A stretch of 64,000 nucleotides of DNA from an uncultured bacterium (GTDB lineage: Bacteria > Desulfobacterota > BSN033 > UBA1163), in the NCBI GenBank assembly GCA_938002255.1, contig CALLAL010000010.1:2117-66116 (forward strand), read 5' to 3'. The notes beneath the pieces were generated by a model. That model searched no databases. It had not been told where the DNA came from and saw only the letters and a list, made by a program, of their open reading frames with translations. The position numbers and the translations under genes were made by a program. Below, piece after piece: positions 63,961 through 64,000 of the stretch (positions are counted from its first letter, which is position 1; the number at the start of each line of letters is the position of its first letter).

Positions 63961-64000
63961 TGGTTCATCGCATCATTCTTCACATTGATATGGATGCCTT
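63961..64000 (+). CDS. dinB: DNA polymerase IV (Y-family), 5' fragment running off the window
   Basis: ATG 63961 gives MVHRIILHIDMDA, the canonical DinB N-terminus (ILH.DMDAFF), 12 nt after the lexA stop. Confidence 0.6.

Noticed and set aside
1-64000. Scan for CRISPR arrays, rRNA, tRNA, intact IS/transposase, integrase or phage genes.
   Set aside because: None seen. The only repeats that recur are the two MITE-like copies reported above.

Overview
Densely coded bacterial chromosomal segment with about 60 CDS on both strands and moderate GC by eye. I found no rRNA, tRNA, CRISPR array or intact transposase. Most of it is housekeeping or energy metabolism:
- RNase R, MutY, ThyX, NifU/NifS, CarB, a GH57 glycosidase, Hbd plus an acyl-CoA dehydrogenase, CobO plus class II RNR (NrdJ), a LeuCD-like dehydratase, 2-oxoacid dehydrogenase E1alpha/E1beta/E2, and LexA-DinB.
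- A roughly 11 kb minus-strand respiratory operon (34995-46350): Sco1, an A2-type caa3 haem-copper oxidase, haem O synthase and a reduced alternative-complex-III-like module.
- A TPP riboswitch controlling thiM-thiW-ecfAA'-ecfT.

The parts most worth a second look:
1. A mercury-methylation locus (61251-63026): a small SpoVT/AbrB protein, then hgcA, then hgcB. The hgcA frame is preceded by a Shine-Dalgarno (SD)-led, Cys-rich N-terminal ORF that runs into an in-frame TGA. A SECIS-like hairpin follows 12 nt downstream, making this a candidate Cys-Sec selenoprotein form of HgcA.
2. A roughly 215-225 bp MITE-like element present twice (47026-47249 and 63033-63247), with 15 bp terminal inverted repeats. 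One copy has a perfect 8 bp target-site duplication that overlaps the hgcB stop codon.
3. A LipS1/LipS2-type lipoate assembly cluster (5647-10335) whose lipoate ligase is fused to a Cys-rich DUF116 domain.
4. An exported thioredoxin-fold/FMN_bind fusion protein paired with the flavin transferase ApbE.
5. An unannotated 44-aa Cys-rich ORF with a strong SD.
6. A perfect 16 bp palindrome at the lexA promoter that matches no canonical SOS box I know.

All functional calls come from motif recognition in the supplied translations and my own reading of the DNA. No database search was possible.
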